DNA of 56,473 nucleotides from an uncultured Desulfobacteraceae bacterium (GTDB lineage Bacteria; Desulfobacterota; Desulfobacteria; Desulfobacterales; CAZWAE01): NCBI GenBank assembly GCA_964631805.1, contig CAZWAE010000002.1, positions 2,528 to 59,000 of the forward strand, read 5' to 3'. Shown piece by piece: positions 17,114 to 27,700 of this stretch (position 1 is its first letter; each line of letters starts with the position of its first letter). The notes under the pieces were generated by a model. It saw only the letters and a program-made list of their open reading frames with translations, ran no database searches and was not told where the DNA came from. The position numbers and the translations under genes were made by a program.

Positions 17114-18343
17114 ATGATTACGGTCACTACAGATAATTTAAAACCCGGCATGACGCTGTCGGCGGATGTGCTGGACATCAATTCAAGGCTTCTCCTTTCC
17201 AAAGGTCTGCAGATTCAGCCCAAACACATCAGGGTATTTAAAATTTGGGGAATCACGGAGGTTCCCATAGAAGGGGTTAACGGTGATGAGGAAGCATCGG
17301 CCGGAATGGTGACAATGGAAACGGCCAACCGCGTTATCCAAAACACGAAACATCTTTTCAGCCACCAGGACCTGGGGCATCCTGCAGTCAAAGAGTTGTT
17401 CAGACAAGCGGTTTTTTACAAGAGTCAATCCCAACCGGCGGGTCGTTTAATCCCTGAACCGATTTTGCCGCCAGAGGTTGAAAAGGGTCCGGGAAGATCC
17501 GACATCATGCAAAAGCTGAAGGACTCCCAAATCAAGCTCCCGGAACTGCCGGCCATCATCACCCAACTCAACGAAGTGATCGCCAGGCCAAATGCCTCCG
17601 CCAACGACATCGCCCAAACCGTCGACCAAAGCGCCAGCCTGGTCACCGTATTGCTAAAGATCGTTAACTCGGCACTCTATACTTTCCCTTCTCCCATCGA
17701 CAGCATCTCCCGGGCCGTTACGCTGATCGGTTCAAAAGAGATCACAAGCCTGGCTGTGGGGGTCAGCATCATGCGGATGTTCAAGGAAATTCCCACACAA
17801 GTTGTCGATATCCGCTCCTTTATGCGGCACAGCCTTGCCTGTGGGGTCATATCGAGGATTCTGGCGGCCAGAAAGGGCATCCAGCAAACCGAGAAACTGT
17901 TCGTATCCGGTTTACTCCACGATATCGGCCGTTTGATCTTGTATAAATACTTTGCAGAAGAGACAAAAATCCTGCTAAGCCGTGCAAGGACAATGGAGGT
18001 TCCCATGCACCGGATCGAGCACTCGGTCCTGGGGTGCCGGCACACTACCATCGCAAAGCATCTTTTAACCAAATGGAAACTGCCTTCAAAGCTTTCGGAC
18101 AGCGTTCATTATCACCACACCCCCTCTTCCGCCGATGATGTTGAAAATGCGGCCATCGTACATATCGCCGATATCATCGCCAATGCTTTGGGAATGGGTA
18201 GCAGTGGTGAACGATTGGTGCCGTATTTTGATACTAACGCATGGGACAGGATCGGCCTGTCTCCAGCCATCATGGAACAGATTGTACGCCAGACCCTTCA
18301 CCAATTGGGGTCTCTCGAAAATATACTGACGGTGAAGCGGTGA
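17114..18343 (+). CDS. HDOD domain signalling protein
   Basis: LPELPAIITQLNEVIARPNASANDIAQTVDQSASLVTVLLKIVNSALY and ..LLHDIGRLIL.. Confidence 0.8.
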   Translation: MITVTTDNLKPGMTLSADVLDINSRLLLSKGLQIQPKHIRVFKIWGITEVPIEGVNGDEEASAGMVTMETANRVIQNTKHLFSHQDLGHPAVKELFRQAVFYKSQSQPAGRLIPEPILPPEVEKGPGRSDIMQKLKDSQIKLPELPAIITQLNEVIARPNASANDIAQTVDQSASLVTVLLKIVNSALYTFPSPIDSISRAVTLIGSKEITSLAVGVSIMRMFKEIPTQVVDIRSFMRHSLACGVISRILAARKGIQQTEKLFVSGLLHDIGRLILYKYFAEETKILLSRARTMEVPMHRIEHSVLGCRHTTIAKHLLTKWKLPSKLSDSVHYHHTPSSADDVENAAIVHIADIIANALGMGSSGERLVPYFDTNAWDRIGLSPAIMEQIVRQTLHQLGSLENILTVKR

Positions 18344-18378
18344 GAGTCGACTCCGCATCACGACAGGGATCAGAAACC

Positions 18379-20139
18379 ATGTACGATAATCGTCATCCCC
18401 GAAATCTCGAAGCCCGCATAGGGTACCTCGAAGAAAACAGGCGTTTCATACAGGAAGCGCTTGAGATGACGTTATCGCTGGGGGATTTCCAAAAGGAGGT
18501 CAACCTCCGCCTCTCCCAGGAACAGATTTTTCTGGAAACGGAAAAGAGAATTCGCCGCCTGATCCAACTGGAAGCCCGCGCACTGTATCTTATAGACTCC
18601 GAATCTTCCGATCTCAAACTATCGATATGCAAGCCGGAAACCCGGTCCTCTGAGATCGAAACCGAAATGGCGTTTATGATCGAAGAAGGCTTCCTGTCGT
18701 GGGCCATACGTGAAAATAGGGGGGTTTGCATCCTGACCCGGGACCGGAAGCGATACATGCTGCTGCATGTCATCTCCACCCACACCCGGATAAGAGGGTT
18801 GTTTGCGGGGTTGTTTCCCACCCGCAGAAAGGAAACCCCGGATGTTTCACATGATCTCCTTTCCATCATTCTGCGCAGTGCGGCAAATGCCATTGAGAGT
18901 GCCGAATACCATGCCCTTCTTGAAAATCGCAACCAACTGCTCCAAAAACAGGTGAAGCAAAAAACCAAAGAGGTGGTCAGGTATGAACGGCGGCTGAGGC
19001 GCGCCCAAAAAATGGAGGCCATCGGCACCCTTGCCGGGGAGGTGGCCCACGATCTGAACAATATCCTGGCGGGGATCGTCAGCTATCCCGATCTCATCAT
19101 GATGCAGATCCCCGATGACAGCCCGCTCCGGAAACCGGTCGGGACCATTAAAAACACCGGCAAGAAAGCAGCCGAAATCGTACAGGACATGCTGACGCTG
19201 GCACGAGGGAATGCCGTCGTCGCACAGGTCGTCAACCTGAAGGATATCATCACCGAATACGTGAACAGCCCGGAATTCGACAAATTGAAGATCTACCACC
19301 CCGGTGTCGTGATACGGACCGATCTGGCACCGGACCTGATGAACATTATGGGATCCTCCATCCAACTGACGAAAACGGTCATGAACCTGGTTTCCAATGC
19401 GGCGGAAGCGATGCAGCATGGCGGCCACCTGGCGATCACGGCTCAAAACTGTACGGTTGACGAACCCATCAATGGATACGAAAAAATCGTTGCGGGGGAT
19501 TACGTTCTCTTCACGGTGTCAGACACCGGGATCGGGATCTCTCCGGATGATATGGAGAGAATATTTGAACCCTTCTATACTAAAAAGGTGATGGGAAGAA
19601 GCGGGACCGGGCTGGGAATGGCTGTAGTCTGGGGCACGGTAAGAGATCACGAGGGATATATCGATATCATCAGCAGGGAAGATGTGGGCACTTCAATCCA
19701 GCTATATTTTCCTACGACTCAAAAGAGAATGGCGGAAATGCCGTCGGGCCTCCCCTGTGAAAAATATATGGGCAGGGGGGAATCCATATTGGTTGTGGAT
19801 GATGTAAAGGAGCAGCGGAACGTCGCCCGGATGATCCTGACCGAACTCAATTACTCGGTCTCCACGGTATCCCGGGGAGAAAAAGCCGTCCACTATCTCA
19901 AAAACCATCCGGTAGACCTGGTGGTGCTGGATATGATCATGGAACCGGGGATTGACGGCCTGGATGCCTACCGGGAAATGCTGAAGCACAAGCCCGGTCA
20001 GCGAGCCATTATCGCCAGTGGATCCGCCGAAACCGATCGTGTGAAAAAAGCCCAGGAACTCGGTGCCGGATTTTATGTTAGAAAACCCTATACCATCGAA
20101 AAACTGGGGGTAGCCGTCAGAGGAGAGTTGGATCGTTAG
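18379..20139 (+). CDS. Hybrid sensor histidine kinase / response regulator
   Basis: H-box AGEVAHDLNNILAGI, HATPase motifs (NLVSNAAEAM, DTGIGI, GTGLGM) and a C-terminal receiver (ILVVDDVKEQ..LVVLDMIMEPGIDG..KP). Start set at ATG 18379; the track start at 18241 would overlap the HDOD gene. Confidence 0.85.
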   Translation: MYDNRHPRNLEARIGYLEENRRFIQEALEMTLSLGDFQKEVNLRLSQEQIFLETEKRIRRLIQLEARALYLIDSESSDLKLSICKPETRSSEIETEMAFMIEEGFLSWAIRENRGVCILTRDRKRYMLLHVISTHTRIRGLFAGLFPTRRKETPDVSHDLLSIILRSAANAIESAEYHALLENRNQLLQKQVKQKTKEVVRYERRLRRAQKMEAIGTLAGEVAHDLNNILAGIVSYPDLIMMQIPDDSPLRKPVGTIKNTGKKAAEIVQDMLTLARGNAVVAQVVNLKDIITEYVNSPEFDKLKIYHPGVVIRTDLAPDLMNIMGSSIQLTKTVMNLVSNAAEAMQHGGHLAITAQNCTVDEPINGYEKIVAGDYVLFTVSDTGIGISPDDMERIFEPFYTKKVMGRSGTGLGMAVVWGTVRDHEGYIDIISREDVGTSIQLYFPTTQKRMAEMPSGLPCEKYMGRGESILVVDDVKEQRNVARMILTELNYSVSTVSRGEKAVHYLKNHPVDLVVLDMIMEPGIDGLDAYREMLKHKPGQRAIIASGSAETDRVKKAQELGAGFYVRKPYTIEKLGVAVRGELDR

Positions 20140-20174
20140 TTTCCATCCCTTATCGGACACCCCCCAATCTTCCA

Positions 20175-20588
20175 CTACCGGTTGACCCAGATTTCAAAAA
20201 TATTTTTATCTTCAACCCGCCGGTAAGACATGGACCGCATGATGTTGCGGACCAGATGGATTCCCAATCCGTCTTCAATACGCTCCATGGCGGGTTTGGA
20301 CCGGTCCTGACGGGGAACGGTCAGGGGGTTGAACGCCCTGCCGTCATCCTCAACCCGAATAGCCACATCATCGCTGTTTACCTGAAGGTGGACAGCGATG
20401 GTATGCTCCGCCCCATCCTCATATCCGTATTTTATGATGTTCAAAAGCACCTCTTCCAATACAAGGTCAACGGCATTGACAACCTTGGCGGTGAGGGTAT
20501 GGGGTTTCAGGAATGCGTTAACATCCGCCATGAGATGGGTAAGGGCTTTGAGGCTATTTTTCAGGGCCACAGAAAACGTGCTTTGCAT
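20175..20588 (-). CDS. Anti-sigma regulatory factor-like Ser/Thr kinase (RsbW/SpoIIAB-type HATPase)
   Basis: VLEEVLLNIIKYGY, VEDDGRAFNPL and GLGIHLVRNIMRSMSY. Start chosen at ATG 20588 (MQSTFSVALKN..). Confidence 0.65.
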   Translation of the reverse strand: MQSTFSVALKNSLKALTHLMADVNAFLKPHTLTAKVVNAVDLVLEEVLLNIIKYGYEDGAEHTIAVHLQVNSDDVAIRVEDDGRAFNPLTVPRQDRSKPAMERIEDGLGIHLVRNIMRSMSYRRVEDKNIFEIWVNR

Positions 20589-20816
20589 AACAAAAATCCC
20601 GGTTCCGGTATAGGTTATATTAGACCTTATGGGTTTAGGCGGTTTGGAGGGCAGGATCAAGGTTTTTTCCGCATCAGACAAAAAATTAGGTGCGGAGAGA
20701 TGGGAAGCGCCGGTATGAATCACTCCCCCCTGTTTTCCTCTTGACTCATCATCGCTTTCTCGCTTGGTTCATACCGAAACCGTCAAACGGCGAATGCGAA
20801 GTGCCCGCTGACAGGA

Positions 20817-21608
20817 TCATCCGGGCAGTGTTGGCTTGAAATCGAATCTTTTGGCGACCTCGGCAAACCGCTCTCCCCGAAGGCTTTTCTCTTTATAAAA
20901 CGCGAGGCACTGCCGAACGATGCCGATCACTTCATCCTCACTGAAAATGCCGGGTAACTCCTCGGCAAGTTGAGGATGTCGCCCGAGCTTGCCGCCCAGC
21001 AGCACCCGGAAACCCTTATCTCCGGCTGCCAAAGTGCCGGTGGGACATGCATCCATGCATTTGCCGCAGGCCAGGCACCGGCGGAAATCGATATCGGGTT
21101 TTTGGTTTGCGATAGCCATCACAACCGCACCTTCCCGACAGGCGTCGACACAGGCATCACACCTGGAGCAGGCGTTCTGTGTGATCACCGGCCGGCTGGC
21201 CCCGATGATCCCGATATCCTTTATCTGCGGCTGGGAACAGGCATTGGGACAATCGGCCAGGGTAATTCTGAACTCGTGATGGAACCGGAGTTCCCCCCTG
21301 ACCCGCCGCTTTAAAAATTCCAGCAAATTTTCCTGCTTCAGCACCTTTTCCAAACGTTCCAGCAGGTCGTCACCGATATGGGCCCGATTGGGGCAGCCGC
21401 CGGGCCCGAAACAGGTGTCCAGCTGATACCCCTTTATTTCAGATCCCATGTTGGCAAGATATCGCGCCTGCACCGCCTTTACGTCCGCCAGGGATATAGC
21501 GGATCTCCCCTCTTTCGATATCTCGGACTCCACCCGGGCCCGGACCTTTTTCCGGACAAAAAACGGGACCTTTTTTACGGCGGCGTCCGCTTCCTTCGAC
21601 CATTCCAT
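20817..21608 (-). CDS. Fe-S protein: N-terminal PCP-reductase-like domain, sulfite/nitrite-reductase-type ferredoxin-like half domain, and 2x[4Fe-4S]
   Basis: WSKEADAAVKKVPFFVRKKVRARVE, LADCPNACSQPQIKDIG, CSRCDACVDAC and CLACGKCMDACP. Confidence 0.7.
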   Translation of the reverse strand: MEWSKEADAAVKKVPFFVRKKVRARVESEISKEGRSAISLADVKAVQARYLANMGSEIKGYQLDTCFGPGGCPNRAHIGDDLLERLEKVLKQENLLEFLKRRVRGELRFHHEFRITLADCPNACSQPQIKDIGIIGASRPVITQNACSRCDACVDACREGAVVMAIANQKPDIDFRRCLACGKCMDACPTGTLAAGDKGFRVLLGGKLGRHPQLAEELPGIFSEDEVIGIVRQCLAFYKEKSLRGERFAEVAKRFDFKPTLPG

Positions 21609-21807
21609 TGATATTCTCCTTGTTGAGGGAAACCCCGGGGGAAAAATCTATCATCTATTGTCAAACCATTGTACATTTCTTTCAGGATGATGACATTGAT
21701 CTATGTCAATGGATTGTTTATAAGAAATCCCTTTCGAGCACAAAATTAGGAAGGGAGAGTCTCGATATGGATGAAATTTCGGAAATAGGCGGGAACGGAT
21801 GACGAGG

Positions 21808-22107
21808 TTATCTCTTTAGAAGGAGGAATCCGCTTGTCTTGGCAGCTTCTATATCGAAAGTTACGGTTTCGCTGCATCCGTGGGTGCGGTTGATCTTAGC
21901 TATCAGACAATCTGCAAAGTCCGCCTTGTCCAATTCAAATTCCCTGAGTGCCTTCCATACGGTTTGAATGTCCTGAATTTTAAACTGGGCGGTTTTGAGT
22001 ATTTGTTTGACAATCCGGGAGATTTGAGTATTTGAAACCCGGTAACATCTGCGTAAAACCCAAACGACCTCATAAAATAAAAGATTTTCAAACGGCGATT
22101 GCGTGAC
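21808..22107 (-). pseudogene. 5'-truncated PIN-domain (VapC-like) toxin remnant
   Basis: Hand translation gives ..FENLLFYEVVWVLRRCYRVSNTQISRIVKQILKTAQFKIQDIQTVWKALREFELDKADFADCLIAKINRTHGCSETVTFDIEAAKTSGFLLLKR*. There is no in-frame ATG/GTG/TTG and the N-terminal DTN.. catalytic region is absent. It abuts the upstream regulator gene. Confidence 0.55.
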
Positions 22108-22179
22108 AGGATGCTGTTGGAATTTTACAAAAGATCTCCAGCAAAAGGGCCTGATGTAATGACAATGCTGGGATCGCTT

Positions 22180-23547
22180 TCAATCCACGCCATAGGCTTT
22201 CAGTTTCCGACGCAGGGTGTTGAGCCCTATAGAAAGGTGCTTGGCGGCCCGGGACTTGTTTTTCCCCGTCTGATCGTACACCTTCAGGACATGTTCCTTT
22301 TCGATATCGGCCAGGGGCCGGAGCAATTCGCATTCGGGAGTGCCGTTTGCAATCATCGTTTTTTTTCGGCGAAGATGCAAAGGCAGGGCATTGAGGGTCA
22401 GATCCTTTCCCTGGGAAAGGTTCGCGGCGGAATGGATGATGGACCGGAGTTCCCTCACATTCCCGGGATAATCGTATTCCAGGAGCCGGCACATGGCGTC
22501 TTCATGGATACGGCACGGGTCTTTGCCTCCGCTGTATTCCTTGAGGAACTTATCGGCCAGAAGGGGGATATCTTCGGTTCTTTCCTTCAGCGGCGGGAGA
22601 TGCAACCACCCCCCCCGGATGCGGTAAAAAAGGTCCTTCCGGAACCTTTTTTGCGCGATCAACTGCTCAAGGTTTTCGTTGGTAGCAGCGATAAACCGGA
22701 CATCGGCCCGCTTCTGGCTGCTGTCACCGAGCTTGGTATATTCGCCGTCCTGGAGAACCCGCAAAAGTTTCCCCTGCAGTTCAAGGGGCAGGGTCCCGAT
22801 CTCGTCCAGAAACAGGGTCCCCCCGTCGGTGTATTCGAGGTGCCCCGCCCGACCGTTGTCGGCACCGGTAAAGGCGCCCTTGGTATGGCCGAAAAATTCT
22901 GACTCGAAAAGACCGGCGGATACGGAGGCCATGTTGACCGGCGTAAACCGGAACTGCGACCGGGGGCTCGCGCAGTGCATCGCTTTGGCCAAAAGCTCCT
23001 TGCCGGTGCCGCTTTCGCCCGTAATCAAAACCGGCACATCGCTCTGGGCGTGAAGTTCCGATTCCTTTAAAAGGTTCATCATCATACGGGACTGGGTGAC
23101 AATCGGTTTGAAGGTATCCGCGAAAATCAGTTTGGGGAGCGATGTTTTTTTCTTGATATCGATGATGTCCAGAAGCCGTTTTCGCTCCAGGGCGCGTTTC
23201 ACGGTAATGGCCAGGGTATCCCGTGACACCGGCTTGACCAGGTAGTTATAGGCCCCTTTCTTGAGGCATTCCACCGCCGATCGGGCATCGTTCACCGCCG
23301 TCACCATGATGCATTCCGTGGTGGGGCTGGTATTCTTGATCAATTCGAGCAGTTCGAGGCCGTCCATATGCGGCATGGTCATGTCGATGAGGGCCACGTC
23401 AAAAGACTCCCCTTTCTTGAAGGCCCCCGCCGCTTTCAACGGATCCACCTCGGCCCTGATATTGTCGTATCCGATGCCGATCATTTTGATTTTAAGGATT
23501 TCGAGAAAATCGACGTCGTCATCCACCGCGATTATGCTGCTGATCAT
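22180..23547 (-). CDS. Sigma-54-dependent response regulator (NtrC family)
   Basis: Receiver (AVDDDVDF..ALIDMTMPHMDG..KP), AAA+ module (GESGTGKE, GAFTGA, LFLDEIG, RFIAATN) and a Fis-type HTH C-terminus. Confidence 0.9.
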   Translation of the reverse strand: MISSIIAVDDDVDFLEILKIKMIGIGYDNIRAEVDPLKAAGAFKKGESFDVALIDMTMPHMDGLELLELIKNTSPTTECIMVTAVNDARSAVECLKKGAYNYLVKPVSRDTLAITVKRALERKRLLDIIDIKKKTSLPKLIFADTFKPIVTQSRMMMNLLKESELHAQSDVPVLITGESGTGKELLAKAMHCASPRSQFRFTPVNMASVSAGLFESEFFGHTKGAFTGADNGRAGHLEYTDGGTLFLDEIGTLPLELQGKLLRVLQDGEYTKLGDSSQKRADVRFIAATNENLEQLIAQKRFRKDLFYRIRGGWLHLPPLKERTEDIPLLADKFLKEYSGGKDPCRIHEDAMCRLLEYDYPGNVRELRSIIHSAANLSQGKDLTLNALPLHLRRKKTMIANGTPECELLRPLADIEKEHVLKVYDQTGKNKSRAAKHLSIGLNTLRRKLKAYGVD

Positions 23548-23786
23548 TCAAACCCCTTTCACCCGATTCGGAGAAACGGATGCCGTACCCTGAAATGAAC
23601 TATGCCAATCTGGCACATAAAATCATAACTATTTAAATTTACGCAATTTTAATCGCTAACTACTCCATTTTGGCATACTTGTAAAGTGTTTTCTGCATTG
23701 CCCCAAAAATGGACAAAGGTACACACAATCGCATAACAAGCTAAAATTAAACACTATTTAAAAACCTTTGAAGCCCAGCCATGTTG

Positions 23787-23802
23787 TGGCACGACTGTTG
23801 CT
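23787..23802 (+). promoter_or_regulatory. Sigma-54 (-24/-12) promoter
   Basis: TGGCACgactgTTGCT is a perfect match to TGGCAC-N5-TTGC(A/T). It lies 86 nt upstream of the metF-like ATG and is divergent from the NtrC-type regulator gene. Confidence 0.7.
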
Positions 23803-23887
23803 GTACCGTAAGATCGAAATTAAATGGCAAGGGCCAGGGATCAATTTCACCATCTTTTCCCAACCAAAAGGATACAGAGGATCAGAA

Positions 23888-24757
23888 ATGCAGCTAAAAA
23901 ACAAATTTGATATGGGAGATTTTGCCGTTCTGGCCGAGATGGATCCCCCCAAGGGGGTGGACGTCTCAAAAATGACAGGCAACGCCATGCGGGTAAAGGG
24001 CGATGTGGATGCCTTTGTCGTGCCTGAAATGAGCAATGCGGTGATGCGCATGAGTTCACTGGGAGGTGCCATGATCCTGCAGTCCAAAGGGCTTCAGACC
24101 ATCATGCAAGTCAACTGCCGGGACCGAAACCGCATTGCCCTCCAAGCGGACCTGTTGTCGGCATATGGTTGTGGCATCACCAATGTGATGGGCGTCACCG
24201 GGGAAGAACCGGGTTTTGGTGATCATCACCAGGCAAGATCAGTTTATGATATCGATCTGCCGGAGCTGCTCGGCACCATGGGCAGCCTGCAACAGGGAAA
24301 GGACATGGCCGGGATCGAATTGGCCGGTTCCCCCGAATTTCTGGTGGGATCGACCACCAATGCCGGCGCCCAGGGAATATCTCCGGAGCTGGAAGTCGAT
24401 GCGGTCAATCGAAAGGCCGAAGCGGGTGCGGTTTTCTTCATCACTCCGCCCTTGTTTGATCTTGCCGCCATCAAACCGTTTCTGAAACGGATCGACAGCG
24501 AAAAAATCAAGATCATTCCCACTGTACTGCTCCTGAAATCATTGGGGATGGCGCGGTACATGGCAAAGAATATCAAGCACGTCTACATTCCGGATGAGTT
24601 GGTCAAAAGAATCCAGCAGGCACCGGACAAGGTGCGTGAATGCGTCCGGATTGCAGCTGAAACAATCACCGCCGTAAAAGAGGAGGGGCTTGGCGGTGTC
24701 ATGATCTCCACCATCGGATGGGAGCATAGATTGCCGGAAATACTTGAAAGGATATAA
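23888..24757 (+). CDS. Methylenetetrahydrofolate reductase family protein (MetF paralogue 1)
   Basis: 289 aa from ATG 23888 (RBS AGAGGA). It shares [15 protein letters not shown] and the overall layout with the second MetF at 30426. Confidence 0.8.
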   Translation: MQLKNKFDMGDFAVLAEMDPPKGVDVSKMTGNAMRVKGDVDAFVVPEMSNAVMRMSSLGGAMILQSKGLQTIMQVNCRDRNRIALQADLLSAYGCGITNVMGVTGEEPGFGDHHQARSVYDIDLPELLGTMGSLQQGKDMAGIELAGSPEFLVGSTTNAGAQGISPELEVDAVNRKAEAGAVFFITPPLFDLAAIKPFLKRIDSEKIKIIPTVLLLKSLGMARYMAKNIKHVYIPDELVKRIQQAPDKVRECVRIAAETITAVKEEGLGGVMISTIGWEHRLPEILERI

Positions 24758-24765
24758 GGACGGAA

Positions 24766-27700
24766 ATGATGGAAAATGAAAAAAGTGTCGTAGGGAAGAG
24801 CGCATCTGAAAAAGATGAACAGAACCTTGTGGGATCGGTCATGGTGGTGGGTGCCGGCATTGCGGGTATGCAATCCGCTCTGGATCTCGCCAATTCCGGA
24901 TATTACGTCTACCTTGTGGAGCAATCCTCGGCCATCGGCGGGCTCATGTCACAGCTGGATAAGACATTTCCCACCAACGATTGTGCCATGTGAATTATCT
25001 CACCTAAACTGGTCGAGGTCGGCCGGCATTTGAATATCGAGATTTTAACCAATACCGAACTGCTGGATCTTAATGGCGATCCCGGGCGTTTTACGGCCCG
25101 TGTGAAACAGAAACCCCGTTTCATAGATCTTGCCAAATGCACCAGCTGCGGGGAGTGTGCCAAGGTTTGTCCCATTGCCCTTCCCGATGAATATAACGAG
25201 GGGCTCAATGACAGGAAAGCTGCATACAAGCAGTATGCCCAGGCGATTCCGGGTGCGTTCGCCATCACAAAACAGGGCACGGCACCCTGTAAGGCCTCCT
25301 GTCCGGCCCATGTGAGTGTTCAGGGTTTTATCGCACTGATGAACGAGGGAAAGCATCGGGAAGCGTTGGAGCTATTTAAGCAGGCGCATCCCTTACCGGG
25401 TGTCTGCGGCCGGGTCTGCCACCACCCCTGCGAAGGGATCTGCACAAGAAACGAGGTGGACCAGCCCCTGAACATCCAATACCTTCACCGTTTCCTGGCG
25501 GATCACGACATGGAGAGCGATGACAGCTACCTGCCGGAAACCAAAGAGAAACGGGAAGAGAAAGTCGCGGTCATCGGCGCCGGTCCGGCCGGGTTGACCT
25601 GTGCCTATTTTCTCGCCATCGAGGGGTATCAGGTCACGGTCTTCGAAAAACTGCCGGTACTGGGCGGCATGCTCACCGTGGGCATCCCCTCTTACCGGCT
25701 CCCGAGAAATATCATCGAGACCGAAATCCAGGTGATCAAGGACCTTGGCGTGGAATTCCGCACCGGGGTCGAGATCGGCAAGGATGTCACCATTGGTGAA
25801 CTTCGTGAGCAGGGATACAAGGCCACCTTCTTCGGCATCGGCAGCCACGAATGCAAGGTGCTCGGCATCGAGGGTGAAGAGTACGAGGGTGTCTATCCGG
25901 GGGTTGAGTTCTTGAGGGAAGTCAATCTCGGAAACAGGGTGTCACTGGGAGACCGCGTCGCCGTCATCGGCGGTGGAAACGTGGCAATGGATTCGGTGCG
26001 CACGGCGCTCCGGACCGGCAGCAAAAAGCCCTTTGTCATCTATCGCCGCAGCTATGAAGAGATGCCGGCCAACGATGTAGAGATCGAGGAGTGCGCCGAA
26101 GAGGGCATCGAGATCATGACCCTGACCAATCCGATCCGGGTGATCGCCGATAACGGCAGGGTAACGGCCATCGAATGCATCAAAATGGAGCTGGGAGAAC
26201 CCGATCCAAGCGGCAGGCGCCGCCCGATGCCCATCGAGGGAAGCGAATTCACCATCGAAGTGGATACCGTGATTCCCGCCATCGGCCAGGAATCGGACTG
26301 GGCCTGCCTCACCGATGAGTGCGCCTGCACGCTGAACGACTGGGGCACCATGGAGGTTGACGCGGTGACGCTCCAGACCAGTGACGAGGACATCTTTGCA
26401 GGGGGTGATGCGGTCACCGGGCCGGCCACAGTGGTGGATGCGGTTCAAGCCGGCAAAGAGGCCGCCATCTCCATAGACCGGTTTATCCGGGGAGTGGACC
26501 TAGCCGAAGGCCGCGAAACCAATTTCGACGTGGTCAGAGATGTCCCGGTAGACAGCCGGGAAAAGATTGAAAAGCAGAAGATGCCCTGCCTGTTGCCGGC
26601 GGATCGCGTCGGCAACTTCAACGAAGTACAGCTGGGCTTCACCCAGGAGCATGTGACGCCGGAAGCAAACCGCTGCCTCGAATGCGGTATTTGCTCCGAG
26701 TGCTACCAGTGTGTGGACGCCTGCCTGGCCGATGCGGTGGATCACTGCCAGCAGGGTGAAGAGAAAGAACTGGAGGTCGGTTCGGTGGTGGTCTGTTCCG
26801 GTAGCCGCCCCTTCGATCCGTCCGGATTGGAACAGTTTTACCACTACCAAAGCAATCCCAATGTCATGACCAGCCTGGAGTTTGAAAGGGTCCTGAGCGC
26901 CTCCGGACCCACCATGGGGCATCTGGTCCGGCCGTCGGATGAAACGGAACCCAAGAAGATCGCATGGCTGCAGTGTGTGGGATCGCGGGATACCAACCAG
27001 TGCGGCAACGGGTACTGCTCTTCGGTCTGCTGCATGTACGCGGTCAAGGATGCCATGATTGCCAAGGAGCATTCCAAGGAGGATCTGGATTGTGCCATCT
27101 TCAACATGGATATCCGGACCTTCGGAAAGGATTACGAGAAGTACTACAACCGGGCCAAAGACAAAGAGGGCGTCCGGTTTGTCAAAGCAAGGGTCCACAC
27201 CATAGACGAGATCGGCGAAAACAAGGATCTACGTATCCGCTATGCCGATGACGCCGGTGAACTCCAGGAGGAATTTTTCGACATGGTCGTCCTGTCTGTG
27301 GGTTTGGAAGTACCAGAATCCTCAAAGGCGCTGGCAGAGCGGCTCGACATCTCTCTGGACAACTACAATCTGGCGGTTTCCGATCCACTGAAACCGGTGG
27401 AAACGTCGAGGCCGGGAGTTTATGCCTGCGGCACCTTCCAGGAACCCAAAGATATTCCCACCTCCGTGGTGGAAGCCAGTGCGGCGGCATGCCTGGCAGG
27501 AAAAAGCCTGAGCCTGGTCCGCAACACCAATACAAAAAGTGTGGAGGTACCCGAGCAGGTCGATGTCCGTGGCGTGGAACCGCGGGTGGGTGTTTTTGTC
27601 TGCAATTGCGGCATCAACATAGGCGGCGTGGTGGATGTACCGGGCGTACAGGAGTATGCAGGCAGTCTCCCCAACGTCGTTTTTTCAGGGGAAAACCTGT

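Noticed and set aside
22180-22182. TGA of the sigma-54 regulator as a fifth recoding site reading into the PIN fragment (same frame)
   Set aside because: The regulator ends with a normal Fis-type HTH. No SECIS-like hairpin with the +17..+36 geometry follows. The intervening 25 codons (KRSQHCHYIRPFCWRSF..) look non-coding. The shared frame has a 1-in-3 chance of occurring by coincidence.
23603-23682. TGGCAC (23610) and TGGCAT (23670) as additional sigma-54 promoters
   Set aside because: Neither has GC at the -12 position with GG-N10-GC spacing. The TGCCA-atc-TGGCA inverted repeat at 23603-23615 might instead be an activator site, but that is speculative.
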